DNA of 64,000 bases. Source: a virus. Both the position numbers and the translations under genes were made by a program. The stretch is from the IMG/VR virus record IMGVR_UViG_3300034104_005002, positions 1 to 64,000 of that record; one strand, given 5' to 3'. The notes below the pieces were generated by a model. It worked only from the letters and a program-made list of their open reading frames with translations. It was not told the DNA's origin and ran no database searches. Below are positions 8,686-18,506 of the stretch, one piece after another (the stretch's first letter is position 1; each line of letters begins with the position of its first letter).

Positions 8686-9024
8686 TTAATTTTCAGTTGT
8701 TTCTCTTACAAGAATTGTTCCTACCACAGAAGGAAGCGTCTTATTATTAGAAACAACAAATATATCAAAATAATTTCTACCAGATTCTAAGGAAGAAGTT
8801 TGTGTCTTATTTAAAATAAGTTTTATTGACCCTTGAGGCCTATTTAAATATTCAACTGCAAAAGAAGTAGAAATTCCAGCACCAGGAAACTTTTGAATTT
8901 TTGCTACTATTGTTTTTGTAGTTAGATCATTAGCAGATCCATCTGAATTTTTAAGTTTAAATTCACTTTCAAAATCAGTCCCTTTAAAAATTGAACGATC
9001 AACTATTTCTAGTGGAACCGTCAT
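8686..9024 (-). CDS. Hypothetical protein, probably virion-associated
   Basis: Beta-rich 112 aa ORF (GRNYFDI); late promoter CTAAATA upstream. Confidence 0.55.
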   Translation of the reverse strand: MTVPLEIVDRSIFKGTDFESEFKLKNSDGSANDLTTKTIVAKIQKFPGAGISTSFAVEYLNRPQGSIKLILNKTQTSSLESGRNYFDIFVVSNNKTLPSVVGTILVRETTEN

Positions 9025-9086
9025 ACAATTAAATTCTAAGTTCTTAAGTTATTTAGGTTTTCTAAATAGTTAAAAGAGTTCCTACC

Positions 9087-9341
9087 ATGGACGACCGCAA
9101 AAAAGTCATAACTAATTTGATCTTTATTATTTGTGTGTCCATTATTTCCTTTATTGGAATAAATTTTCTTTCTTGTAATTTTTTGATTCCTGGATCTATC
9201 AACCGGGCCAATTTTTTAGGTGGACTAGTTAATCCTCCAGTGCTAGATTGTCAGGAATCAGAAAGAAGAGGATATGAAACTCTTATGATGTTACTGACTA
9301 CCGTGATTGCGTTGAAGACCAAAATAGATGAGGACAACTAA
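9087..9341 (+). CDS. Hypothetical membrane protein
   Basis: Hydrophobic N- and C-terminal segments; CTAAATA at 9062-9068. Confidence 0.55.
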   Translation: MDDRKKVITNLIFIICVSIISFIGINFLSCNFLIPGSINRANFLGGLVNPPVLDCQESERRGYETLMMLLTTVIALKTKIDEDN

Positions 9342-9386
9342 TGCCTGACTATTGGAATAAATACATAAGCTAGGCATACTTTACTA

Positions 9387-9581
9387 ATGTCTTCTCGCAC
9401 CTTCAATACTCCTCATCGTGAGAACTGGAACTCTCCGATACATAATATTCTAAAGGCAATAGATAATCACACTCAAGAATATCTTAAGAGTGGTGATATC
9501 TGGCATTTACAAAAAGCACAACTGCTCAGAGAATACGTCTCAGAACTTAAAACTTGGATTCATAGGGAAGAACAAAAATGA
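9387..9581 (+). CDS. Hypothetical phage protein
   Basis: 64 aa ORF with TAAATA upstream. Confidence 0.6.
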   Translation: MSSRTFNTPHRENWNSPIHNILKAIDNHTQEYLKSGDIWHLQKAQLLREYVSELKTWIHREEQK

Positions 9582-9658
9582 CAGAAGTAGTATGGTCAGT
9601 AAATATTTTAATTGGAATTGGCCTAATTGGGGTGGCCTGGGTTATTTTTAAAATCCTG

Positions 9659-10885
9659 TTAGAGGATTTCTAGGCACCGCTTATAGTACATCTGCCTATC
9701 AGCAAGACCATTAGTCCCACCATTGACTCTTCTGGTAACCTGCTCTACCGATGGATTAGTGTCACAAAGGGCATTCATTTTGTTATTCATCCACCAATAT
9801 CCAGCACTTGTACCTGAATACTTATCGGCAACATAATCAACCCCCTCCATAATTCGGGGATCTTTCATAAAGTTTGCAAATTGTTGATAATTAAATCTTC
9901 CAGTAAGTTGAATATACCCGGCTCCTTTGAATCGTCTTCCGTCTCCGGGTTGAGTGTTTCCTAAATCTTTTCTTCCTTCATAGGCATCACCAGAAGCAAG
10001 TTCTTTCATCCATTTTCCACCACCAGATTCATGAGAAATTTGAGAAATAAAATGGGCAAGTCTTGATTTTGTAGTGATATCGAATCTCTGTAGGGCCTCA
10101 TTAAGTTCTTTTACTTGGGCATCAGTAGGGGTTCTTTGCCATACATGCTGTAGCTGGGCCTTTGTGAAGATTTCTTTTGGTTGAGAGGAATTCCTATATC
10201 TTACGGCGAATTCTTTTTTAACGTCATCAGGAGTTTTGCTTTCAAGATAGTTAAAGGCATCTACTTGTTGAGGCTCCTCTTTATAAAACTTGGCTGCATC
10301 AGTGAACTTAATCGGCTGTTTAGATGGGATAGTAGTTTCTGGTTTAGAAACAACTGGGGGTTTAATTGCTAGATTTGCTTCTTGATAAACAGAAATATAA
10401 ACGGTTCCTTTATTATAAAGAGGAAGAATCTTGTCTCTTAGATCAATATTATAGATTCTCACACAACCATGAGTAGCGAATAGTGGTTGTTTCGGTGCCC
10501 AGGCCCCAGGCCAACCTGCGGCTGATCCACCACCATGAAGCATAATTCCAGATCTACCATATTTGGAAACCTGGCCCTCTAGTTCATTCATGTCAAAAGA
10601 ATACCAACCATAAGCCGCAAGAGTTCTATCAAAAGCCGGATTTGCTCCGACTCTTTCAAAATCTTTATAAACGATCCCTAGTTTATAGAGACCAGGAGGA
10701 GTATCTGTTCTTACAACTCTAAATTCAATATCAGATCCTTGACCTCTTGCAAGAGCCGGAATTTCCCAAAGAAGTTTACCAGAAAAATCATAAGCCTTTG
10801 CAGTTTCAACAATATCATTGACTACAATATGAGTATCACCTTGTTTAAATCCAAAATCTTGAGGTCTTTTTGTAGGTCCGATCAT
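9659..10885 (-). CDS. Endolysin: N-terminal YkuD/L,D-transpeptidase-like domain plus C-terminal glycoside hydrolase family 19 domain
   Basis: MLHGGG...ATHGCVRI (HxxxxSHGC-type); [47 protein letters not shown]. Confidence 0.88.
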   Translation of the reverse strand: MIGPTKRPQDFGFKQGDTHIVVNDIVETAKAYDFSGKLLWEIPALARGQGSDIEFRVVRTDTPPGLYKLGIVYKDFERVGANPAFDRTLAAYGWYSFDMNELEGQVSKYGRSGIMLHGGGSAAGWPGAWAPKQPLFATHGCVRIYNIDLRDKILPLYNKGTVYISVYQEANLAIKPPVVSKPETTIPSKQPIKFTDAAKFYKEEPQQVDAFNYLESKTPDDVKKEFAVRYRNSSQPKEIFTKAQLQHVWQRTPTDAQVKELNEALQRFDITTKSRLAHFISQISHESGGGKWMKELASGDAYEGRKDLGNTQPGDGRRFKGAGYIQLTGRFNYQQFANFMKDPRIMEGVDYVADKYSGTSAGYWWMNNKMNALCDTNPSVEQVTRRVNGGTNGLADRQMYYKRCLEIL

Positions 10886-10923
10886 TGTATTATAAATAAA
10901 GATTACAATGCTATTTAGTTTTT

Positions 10924-11361
10924 GTGTGGTATTTTAACGGTCAAGAATTTAATGAGGTCGATAAAAAGTATGAGGGATTTGTTTACTTAATAACAAACCT
11001 AGAAAACGGGATGAAGTACATTGGAAAGAAACACTTCTGGGAAAGAAGAAAAAACGCAAAGACTGGAAGAAGACAGACAAAAGAAAGTGATTGGAGAAAA
11101 TATTTCGGTAGTTGCGACCAACTAAAAGAAGACGTTAAATCTTTAGGTGAAAACAAGTTCAAAAGAGAAATTTTGTATTTATGCCCTCATAAAAAAAGTA
11201 TGTCCTATTATGAGACATGCGAGCAGTTTAAAAGAAATGTTTTATTAGATGAGGCCTATTATAATACTAATATTGAAGGAAAATTTTATTCTAGCGAAGT
11301 AGAAAGAATCTATGGGCTGGTTATTTCAGGAGAGAATCCACAAGGAAAAGAACCTCATTGA
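10924..11361 (+). CDS. GIY-YIG family endonuclease (Seg-like)
   Basis: GFVYLITN...KYIGKK, YFGS, FKREIL and YYNTNI motifs. Confidence 0.8.
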   Translation: MWYFNGQEFNEVDKKYEGFVYLITNLENGMKYIGKKHFWERRKNAKTGRRQTKESDWRKYFGSCDQLKEDVKSLGENKFKREILYLCPHKKSMSYYETCEQFKRNVLLDEAYYNTNIEGKFYSSEVERIYGLVISGENPQGKEPH

Positions 11362-11473
11362 GGTAATCATCAGCGAGGTTCTTTTCGTTTTGTGGATTTT
11401 GTTCTCTTTGGAGTTTATTTTTAAGGCCGTTTAATTTGGCCTTAAGAGCATAAACATCAGTAGAGTGGATCAT
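11321..11473 (-). CDS. Small hypothetical protein (MIHSTDVYALKAKLNGLKNKL...)
   Basis: Translated by hand; 50 aa, start coupled to the stop of the upstream gene. Confidence 0.55.
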   Translation of the reverse strand: MIHSTDVYALKAKLNGLKNKLQREQNPQNEKNLADDYLNEVLFLVDSLLK

Positions 11474-12750
11474 CAGTCGTTAAAATAATCAAGTGCAATA
11501 TCAATTACGCTATCTTCGGTCAATGATTCAAATAGATCAAGAGCTTCTAGTACATCAGAAGCATAACCTTCTGAAATCATGTCCTCAAGAATATAATCAA
11601 CTAGAGTGTTATAATCTTGCTCGGATAGTTGAGATGCAAACTTGGCAAGACGCTCTTTATAACCAGTCTTGGTTCTTTGGCTAGAAAGACGAGCCCCTGG
11701 ACCAGAAAATCGAGTTCCCCTAGCAGTTGAACCTTCTGCGGCCTTGGCAATTTTCTTGGCGGCCTCTTGTTTACGAGCCGAAACTGTTCTTTGGACAGCA
11801 GGCTGGCCAGAGGTTTTTGCTGGAAGAGCAAGCATTGGTTTTGGCTTTGCAAATGCATCACCCACTTCTTTCTTGGCAGATGTAGTTCTTTCGGACTTAC
11901 GAGACTCATAATCAGCCCGACTCATTTTGGGTTCATCTTTCTTACCCGCCTTTCTTTGAAGCGCAACACCTACTTTACGAACAGCCCGACCAACAGCCTG
12001 CCTTTTACTACCACCAGGCTCTGTGGTAGTGGTAACAGTGGTGCGACCAACCTTGGCGGTTCTAGTGGTTGCTGGAGCAGCGGATGCCGCTCTACCACTA
12101 CCCTCAATTGCCTTTCCAGCACCATAGATGGCCTTACCACCACGACGAAGAATCGATTTTAACATGGCCTTACCTTTTTCTACTACTTTACCACCCATAG
12201 CCTTAGTGGCACGGCCTAGACCACCAGCAGAACCTGAGATAGACTGTTTTACAGAAGAAATAGGACCACTGAGTTTGGATTTAACCTTAGAAATAGCATT
12301 ACCAACTCGTGCGGCGCGAGCTGACATTCTTTGCTTTGATTCTGCATCCAGGCCAGCCGCAACCGCCTTACCAGACTTTCTGGCTAGTTTTTTAGCAGCA
12401 GATTGTTGGGCCATAATATCACCACGACCAGAAGTCACTCTATCCTGAGCAGAGCCAGCATATTGAGAACGCTGGGATCCTTTGGTAACAGTTGCCTCGG
12501 TGAGAATATCTTCAATAAGCTCATCGTAAGACTCACAAATTACCTCATCGGTCGAGGCAAATGAGAGCATTTCAAATGATTCGTCTAAGGTATTACCATA
12601 ATCACGGAATTCCCAAACGAGTTCTTCGACTACTTGTTCAATATCTCCATCTTGCATGTAATCAACAAATCGAAGATTATCAAACAGATCTTCGACCTTT
12701 CGGTGATCGTAAATTTCTGAATAGGCTTCTGTTAGACTATAAAGTGACAT
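11473..12750 (-). CDS. Late protein with acidic ends and a Lys/Ala/Arg-rich core; possible internal head protein
   Basis: MISEGYA motif shared with paralogs; CTAAATA at 12778-12784. Confidence 0.65.
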   Translation of the reverse strand: MSLYSLTEAYSEIYDHRKVEDLFDNLRFVDYMQDGDIEQVVEELVWEFRDYGNTLDESFEMLSFASTDEVICESYDELIEDILTEATVTKGSQRSQYAGSAQDRVTSGRGDIMAQQSAAKKLARKSGKAVAAGLDAESKQRMSARAARVGNAISKVKSKLSGPISSVKQSISGSAGGLGRATKAMGGKVVEKGKAMLKSILRRGGKAIYGAGKAIEGSGRAASAAPATTRTAKVGRTTVTTTTEPGGSKRQAVGRAVRKVGVALQRKAGKKDEPKMSRADYESRKSERTTSAKKEVGDAFAKPKPMLALPAKTSGQPAVQRTVSARKQEAAKKIAKAAEGSTARGTRFSGPGARLSSQRTKTGYKERLAKFASQLSEQDYNTLVDYILEDMISEGYASDVLEALDLFESLTEDSVIDIALDYFND

Positions 12751-12938
12751 ATTTTTTAGAAATAGGTTTTCTTTTAGTATTTAGTAAAAAGACCCTTAAA
12801 GGGGCCGGGGTTATTTAATTCTTATTCGATTTGATTTATCTATTCCTCTATTTCTCTGATACAAAGTAATTTTATATGTATAAATTCTCGGATTTAATTT
12901 AGTCATTTATATTCTGTTAGTACGACATTAATATTTAT

Positions 12939-12964
12939 AAAAAAAGGTGCTCATATGAGCACCT
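12939..12964 (-). terminator. Rho-independent terminator downstream of nrdB
   Basis: AGGTGCTCA/TGAGCACCT inverted repeat followed by a T run on the minus strand. Confidence 0.7.
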
Positions 12965-13011
12965 AATCCTGTCTGTGGAGTATTGTCGTACTAACAGACT
13001 AATATATTTAG

Positions 13012-14160
13012 TCAAAGTTTGAAGTTGGCGAAACTATCTGGTTTAATGTCCTGATTAAGACCCCCTACTAGATAAGAAGTAATCTGAACCTCTTGAGGTG
13101 CAACCTGCACCCCCTTTGAACTGAGCCAGTTATCCGTCCATGGAAGAGGATTATTATTGGCCGGAATATCATAAAGAGGTTTAAAACCAATAGCCTTCAT
13201 ACGTCTATTACAAACCCACTCAACATATTGACAAAGAAGAGCGGAGTTTAACCCTATAAGTGAGCCGTCTTTAAAAATATATTCGGCCCATCTTTTTTCT
13301 TGATTAACTGCTTCTTCAAATGTCTTATAAACCCATTGCTCTTCTTCTTTTGCAATTTTAATCATATCAGGATCGTCGCCTGATTTCCATTTTGAAAGAA
13401 TATTTTGAGTTATATTTAAATGAACGGCTTCATCGCGGCTAATTAGCGAAATAATCTTCGCACTTCCTTCCATTAACTTCAGCTCACCAAAGGCAAAAGA
13501 ACAAGCAAAGGAAACATAAAAGCGAATTCCTTCTAGGATATTCACTGCCATTATGGCTCGATAAAGTTTTCTCTTTACCTCATAAAGCTCATTTTTACCT
13601 AAATCTACACCCTCATTATTAAATTGCCAAAGATTTGAAGAAGAGTATTGTTGAGCATGTTGAATATATTCATCGTAATTATCAGTAATACTCTTGGCTC
13701 TCTCTAAAATTCTCTCATCTCCAATAATAGTATCAAATATTTCGGATGGATTAGCATAGATATTTTTTATAATATAAGTATATGATCGACTATGGATCAT
13801 TTCCATGAATCCCCAGGCTTCTATACATGATTCAAGTTCTGGTAAAGAACAATATGGCAGAAAAGCAATTGAAGTTCCTCGACCCTGAACAGAATCAAGC
13901 ATAATCTGATACTTTAAATTAGAAGTATAAATGTGTTTTTGCTCTGAGCGAAGAGTCTGATAATCTGCCCTATCTTTTTGAAGATTTATTTCTTCTGGAC
14001 GCCAAAAGAAACTGAGCTGCTGTTGTGTGAGTTTTTCAAAAATTGGGTATTTATACTCATCATATCGTTGGATCCCCAATGGAGCACTAAAAAACATTTT
14101 TTGCTTTTTAGTGTTAATTTCTTCTGTATTAAAAACTGTCATTCCTTTTACTTTAGACAT
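13012..14160 (-). CDS. nrdB: Ribonucleotide reductase class Ia beta subunit
   Basis: FFWRPEE, LDSVQGR, EMIHSRSY, LEGIRFYVSF, RDEAVH and VQVAPQE motifs. Confidence 0.97.
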   Translation of the reverse strand: MSKVKGMTVFNTEEINTKKQKMFFSAPLGIQRYDEYKYPIFEKLTQQQLSFFWRPEEINLQKDRADYQTLRSEQKHIYTSNLKYQIMLDSVQGRGTSIAFLPYCSLPELESCIEAWGFMEMIHSRSYTYIIKNIYANPSEIFDTIIGDERILERAKSITDNYDEYIQHAQQYSSSNLWQFNNEGVDLGKNELYEVKRKLYRAIMAVNILEGIRFYVSFACSFAFGELKLMEGSAKIISLISRDEAVHLNITQNILSKWKSGDDPDMIKIAKEEEQWVYKTFEEAVNQEKRWAEYIFKDGSLIGLNSALLCQYVEWVCNRRMKAIGFKPLYDIPANNNPLPWTDNWLSSKGVQVAPQEVQITSYLVGGLNQDIKPDSFANFKL

Positions 14161-14172
14161 AAATTTCCTAGA

Positions 14173-14715
14173 TTAAACGTTACATGCGATACATTCTTCT
14201 TCTTCTGATGATAATATTTCAGATATTAAATCATCATTTTTAATTTCTTCGGCGGAAACATCATCGGTTTTGCCGTCATATGTGTTATGATAATATGCAG
14301 TTTTTGCACCATATTTGTATAGTAAAAGAATATTATTGACTATAACAGTGATCGGTACTTCATTATTTGGATAATTCTGAGGATTATAACTATCATTTAC
14401 ACTAATTCCCTGGTCAACGAACTTTTGCATAATAGAGACACAATTAATATATCCTTCATTTGAAGGCATTTCCCAGAGAAGTGTATAATTATTCTTTAGT
14501 TTATTATACTGAGGTACAATCTGTTTGAGAGTTCCCTTTTTAGATTGTTTAATGGAAAGATAATCCCTAGGAGGTTCTATTCCATTTGTTGCATTACACG
14601 AAACTGAACTATTATGAGATACTAGTCCTTCACAGTTGTAATGATGTACTTCCGGAACTTCAATGTCATAAGTTGGAAGAATTTCTCCTTCAAATTGAAT
14701 CGTTTTTACTTTCAT
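14173..14715 (-). CDS. nrdA: NrdA fragment 3 (C-terminal 145 aa) fused to split-intein IntC2
   Basis: After ..VSHN| come SSVSCNATNGIEPPR, QKFVDQGIS, KTAYYHNT and the C-terminal CIAC. Confidence 0.93.
   Translation of the reverse strand: MKVKTIQFEGEILPTYDIEVPEVHHYNCEGLVSHNSSVSCNATNGIEPPRDYLSIKQSKKGTLKQIVPQYNKLKNNYTLLWEMPSNEGYINCVSIMQKFVDQGISVNDSYNPQNYPNNEVPITVIVNNILLLYKYGAKTAYYHNTYDGKTDDVSAEEIKNDDLISEILSSEEEECIACNV
14611..14715 (-). mobile_element. Split intein 2, C-fragment (35 aa)
   Basis: MKVKTI...TYDIEVPEVHHY...LVSHN followed by Ser+1 (blocks F and G). Confidence 0.92.
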
Positions 14716-15766
14716 GTGTCTCCTTAAATTTTTTGTACTCGGTTAAAAGGTGGGTTTTAGTAATAGAACATTTATGTTGTTTTGAGCCATTAATACTCGC
14801 TGGAAGTATCTCTAAATTTACTATTGATCCAATTATTTCAGCTGGAATATTATTTATAAATCCCATTTTAATTGAATATTTGTGATCTAATTGAAAGTCT
14901 TTAGATCTCAATTCTAAATTCTCAATCAATTCTCCATAAAATAATAAACTCTGATTAGTATATCTAATTACAAGCGTTTTATATTTTTTAAAGTCGTCAG
15001 CAATGTCATTTTCAATCCATACTCCTAACTCCTCCATTCTTTTTCTATATTTTTCAGATACTTCAAGATAAATCTCTTGCCAAGTATCGGGGTATTTTTC
15101 ACGGAGATAATTGGTGTTTCTTTTATGATTGGGTTTTTTCTTATCTATTTCATTAAAAATAACAGCAATTTCATCTTCACTATATCCTCTTTGTCTATAA
15201 TATTCTCTATGAACACCAGAGGTTGATCTTTGATATTTACTAACTTCAATTTTAGCTTCTTCTAAACTATATCCACGATGGGTCCAATATTCTACAGTTC
15301 GTTTAGATTTTCTTTTCATAGCATATGCTTTTTCTTCTTCCCATGTTTCCCCATATTTTTCTTTGAACCATTCATCGGAAGACGGATATGCGCTGGTTAA
15401 TCTAAATTTTTCATACATTTCTAATCCTTTTTCTTCTCCATATCTTTTTATAAAAGCCTCTTTTGTTTGACCATTATCTATTTTATTTTGTTTAATAAGC
15501 TCAACAGCTTCATTATAAGAAAGGTTCCTTCTGTACATCCAATATTCTGGTTCATATTGAAGTTTTCTTTTATTTGGGTATAGAAAAACATAACTAACAT
15601 ATTTTTTAATAACCTCAAGATCAAATCTCTCTGGCGGGGTTTCTTCAAATGGCTTTCTTAATGACCTATAGTCAATTTTTCCGATTTGTTTCAATTCTGT
15701 TAAGAGTTCGTGCGGGGTTAAAATGTTAAATCTGGTTTTCATTAGAGTAACTAGTTTTGTCTTCAT
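14690..15766 (-). mobile_element. Free-standing HNH-like homing endonuclease between nrdA fragments 2 and 3
   Basis: Repeated YW..RG.S.EEA units; C-terminal LDHKYSI..GF.N.IP...NL.....N..K...CSI; paralog of 17508..18503. Confidence 0.75.
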
Positions 15767-15767
15767 T

Positions 15768-15811
15768 GATGCCTTTACTAAACTATTATTATTTAGTAAA
15801 GTGAAGGCATC
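15768..15811 (-). promoter_or_regulatory. RBS-sequestering hairpin containing a late promoter (TAAATA, 15790-15795) upstream of the endonuclease gene
   Basis: GATGCCTT..TACTAAA / TTTAGTA AAGGCATC inverted repeat ending 1 nt before the ATG. Confidence 0.75.
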
Positions 15812-15817
15812 AACGCA

Positions 15818-17518
15818 TTAAATCTCAACTACTTCGTCATCTTCATTCAATTCATAAACTCGCTTCCAGATAGTGGAACCATTTTCTAGTCGAACCAAAA
15901 ACTTATGATTGGGTGTACACTTAATCACTTTACCATTTTCAAAGGTAATAGTCGCAACTTCTTTATTTCCATTGAAATAAAGTTTATCAACTTCTTTGTA
16001 TCCATCTTGAGTTTCAACTGTAATAGTCTTGTTCAGGTCATACCAGCCGATTGCATCATTTTCCTCAATCCCTCTCCAATCAAGTCCACCATATTCGGCA
16101 ATTTGATGGAAGTCCATTTCCCCGGTAGAAGTTTTAATCTTATGTTCCCAAAAAAGGCAACTCTCCGTTGGGGGTTGAGAGGAGAGTGTAGTATGGCGAA
16201 GACCATGTTCTAAAATATCCTGACGAAGTTGTTCCCAGTCATGAGTATATTCTACATCACAAATTTCATCAACTTCTTTCTTATAAGTATCAATTGGAAG
16301 AATTCCATCAGAATACTTAGTGTGTTTAAAGTTGTCACATGCACCCTTTTCTTTTGCTAGATTATTGGATGATTTTAGAAGATAATACTGAAAACTTTCA
16401 GTTAATTTGTGGACGGCTTCCCAGGCGCCAGGATCAGAATATTTAAATCCCAATTTAGCAAGATAATGAGCCAGACCAATATAACCAATACCTAGAGAAC
16501 GACTAGCCTTGGTTGTTAATTCGGCGGCCTTAACAGGATATTCCTGGTGGTCAATTAGCTCATCTAAAAATCTAACGGAAAGATCACAACATTCTTCAAG
16601 TTCTTTATCAGACTTAATTGTACCTACATTAACACAAGAAAGAATACAAAGAGCAATAGATCCATCTACATCATCAATATGTTCAATCGGGGTAGTTTTC
16701 AGCAAAATTTCCATACAAAGATTACTCATTGTAATCTGATCCTTAAAAGGACCGTGCGAATTACAATGATCAATATTCATAAGATAAATTCGACCGGTCT
16801 CCGCACGCTCTTTCAAGATATCAATAATAAGCTCTTGGGCCTTTACTTTTTTCTTTGGAATAGAAGGATCATTTTCATACTTTACATAAAGTTCATCAAA
16901 TCCATCTAAACCAAATTTTTCATAAAGACCTGGAACATTATGCGGTGAAAACAGAGTAATTTCTCCATCCTGAATAAATCGCTCATAAAAAATTTTACTC
17001 AGCTGAATGGCATAATCAAGGTTGCGAACACGATTATCTTCTGAGCCTTTATTATTTTTTAATACAATAATATCCTCGATTTCTTGGTGCCACACAGGAA
17101 AAAATACTGTGGATGAATTATGAGTTAAAGTAAATTTTCCATTTTTGCCGACAAAATAGTTGTGATATTTATCAACAGTAAAATCATAAAAAGTTTTATC
17201 ACAATTAGATTTATAATTATGATCATTTAAAATGTCAATATAATCACCATAAACCCCTAATCCAAAAATGTTGTCGATTTCCCGTGAGTCCACCCATTTC
17301 TTATTAAGTCCATCATAAAAAGGATGAATACTAGAAGTATAAACAACCTCCCCACCAATAAGAATTTCTTCCTGATATTCTTTTTTTATTGTTGGAGTAA
17401 ATAAATTTGTTACATTTCCAACACAAAATTTATCATCAAATTCGTTATAACAATAGACTCTATCTCCAACGGAGACATCTGAAATTCTTTTCTTTGCCAG
17501 ATTAATTTTAATTTCCAT
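15818..17518 (-). CDS. nrdA: NrdA fragment 2 (catalytic middle 319 aa) flanked by IntC1 at the N-terminus and IntN2 at the C-terminus
   Basis: ..THN|SSTVFFPVWHQEIED, ERAETGRIY, MSNLCMEI, LCILS, RSLGIG, QPPTES|CLFWEH. Confidence 0.93.
   Translation of the reverse strand: MEIKINLAKKRISDVSVGDRVYCYNEFDDKFCVGNVTNLFTPTIKKEYQEEILIGGEVVYTSSIHPFYDGLNKKWVDSREIDNIFGLGVYGDYIDILNDHNYKSNCDKTFYDFTVDKYHNYFVGKNGKFTLTHNSSTVFFPVWHQEIEDIIVLKNNKGSEDNRVRNLDYAIQLSKIFYERFIQDGEITLFSPHNVPGLYEKFGLDGFDELYVKYENDPSIPKKKVKAQELIIDILKERAETGRIYLMNIDHCNSHGPFKDQITMSNLCMEILLKTTPIEHIDDVDGSIALCILSCVNVGTIKSDKELEECCDLSVRFLDELIDHQEYPVKAAELTTKASRSLGIGYIGLAHYLAKLGFKYSDPGAWEAVHKLTESFQYYLLKSSNNLAKEKGACDNFKHTKYSDGILPIDTYKKEVDEICDVEYTHDWEQLRQDILEHGLRHTTLSSQPPTESCLFWEHKIKTSTGEMDFHQIAEYGGLDWRGIEENDAIGWYDLNKTITVETQDGYKEVDKLYFNGNKEVATITFENGKVIKCTPNHKFLVRLENGSTIWKRVYELNEDDEVVEI
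15821..16159 (-). mobile_element. Split intein 2, N-fragment (113 aa)
   Basis: Starts CLFWEHKI, block B CTPNHKFL, ends W....L..DD.V at a stop codon. Confidence 0.92.
17117..17518 (-). mobile_element. Split intein 1, long C-fragment (134 aa)
   Basis: ISDVSVGDRV, block B TSSIHPFY, FYDFTVDKYHNYF, terminal THN before Ser+1. Confidence 0.9.
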
Positions 17519-18503
17519 TTTCGTACTTTTCTAATAAGGTTTCGAGTGTTATTGAGCAATTAGATTGTTTTTTTGAGTTTTCTGATTGAGAAACATATCT
17601 AAGATTATAAATAGATCCAATTATTTTTGGAGGAACATCATTATAAAAACCCCAAAAAACGCTATACATATGATCTAGAGTTTGACTTTTATCAGTTTTG
17701 ACAAAAGTATCTTTATACAATCTTAGAGTTTTTTTTGTTTCGCGTTGAACCTCCTTTTTATAAACGAAAAAAGCATATTCATCACCAATTTCGACACTCT
17801 TTTTATTTTGAATATTAGTTTTTTTGGTTTTTTCAAGTATAGATTCTTGTATATCAAGAGCCTCAAATTTATCGCACCCATATCGTTTCATTATGGCACT
17901 TATAGAATTGTTATCTTGATATTCAGAAACTTTTAATTTTGCTTCTTCTTCGGTATAACCAATTCTAATCCAATAATATATGCTTCTTGGGCTACTTTCT
18001 TTTGAAAATTTTGATACTAATTTTTTTGCATCCTCTAATGAGTGACCCCTATTTAACCAATAATCCACTGTTCTAGGAGAACAACTTCTCCTTCTTTGAC
18101 AACAATATTCATATGCCTCATCATAACTACAATTTAATTTTTGTTGAACATTTTTAATCTCAACATCAAATCTATTTTGAAGATTTTCTTTTCTTTTATT
18201 AAACTTAGCTAGACCCTCCTCCTCTCCGTACTTCTCAATATAAATTTCCAAATCTAAAGGCTTAGATTGAAATTCCCTAACCTTTATTATGGCTTCTTCT
18301 TCGCTAAATCCTCGGGTCATCCAATACTCTTTTGCATTGGGTCTATTATGTTTTTCTTTAAATGGTACATTTTTATCCAAAAATTCCCTGTAAAGTTTCT
18401 GAGCTTCCTCTTGATTTCCATTGGTTTTTTTAAGATAAAAGTAGATACTAAAAGGAGATCTACTTTTTCTAATCGTTTCTTCGTTCCAAATTAAGTCTTC
18501 CAT
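17508..18503 (-). mobile_element. Free-standing HNH-like homing endonuclease between nrdA fragments 1 and 2
   Basis: Three YW..RG.S.EEA-type repeats; LDHMYSV..GF.N.VPP.IIG...NL......ENSKKQ.NCSI. Confidence 0.75.
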
Positions 18504-18506
18504 TTT

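Noticed and set aside
11493-12818. Several overlapping ORFs within the 11473..12750 gene
   Set aside because: Shadow frames of a low-complexity Ala/Lys-rich gene
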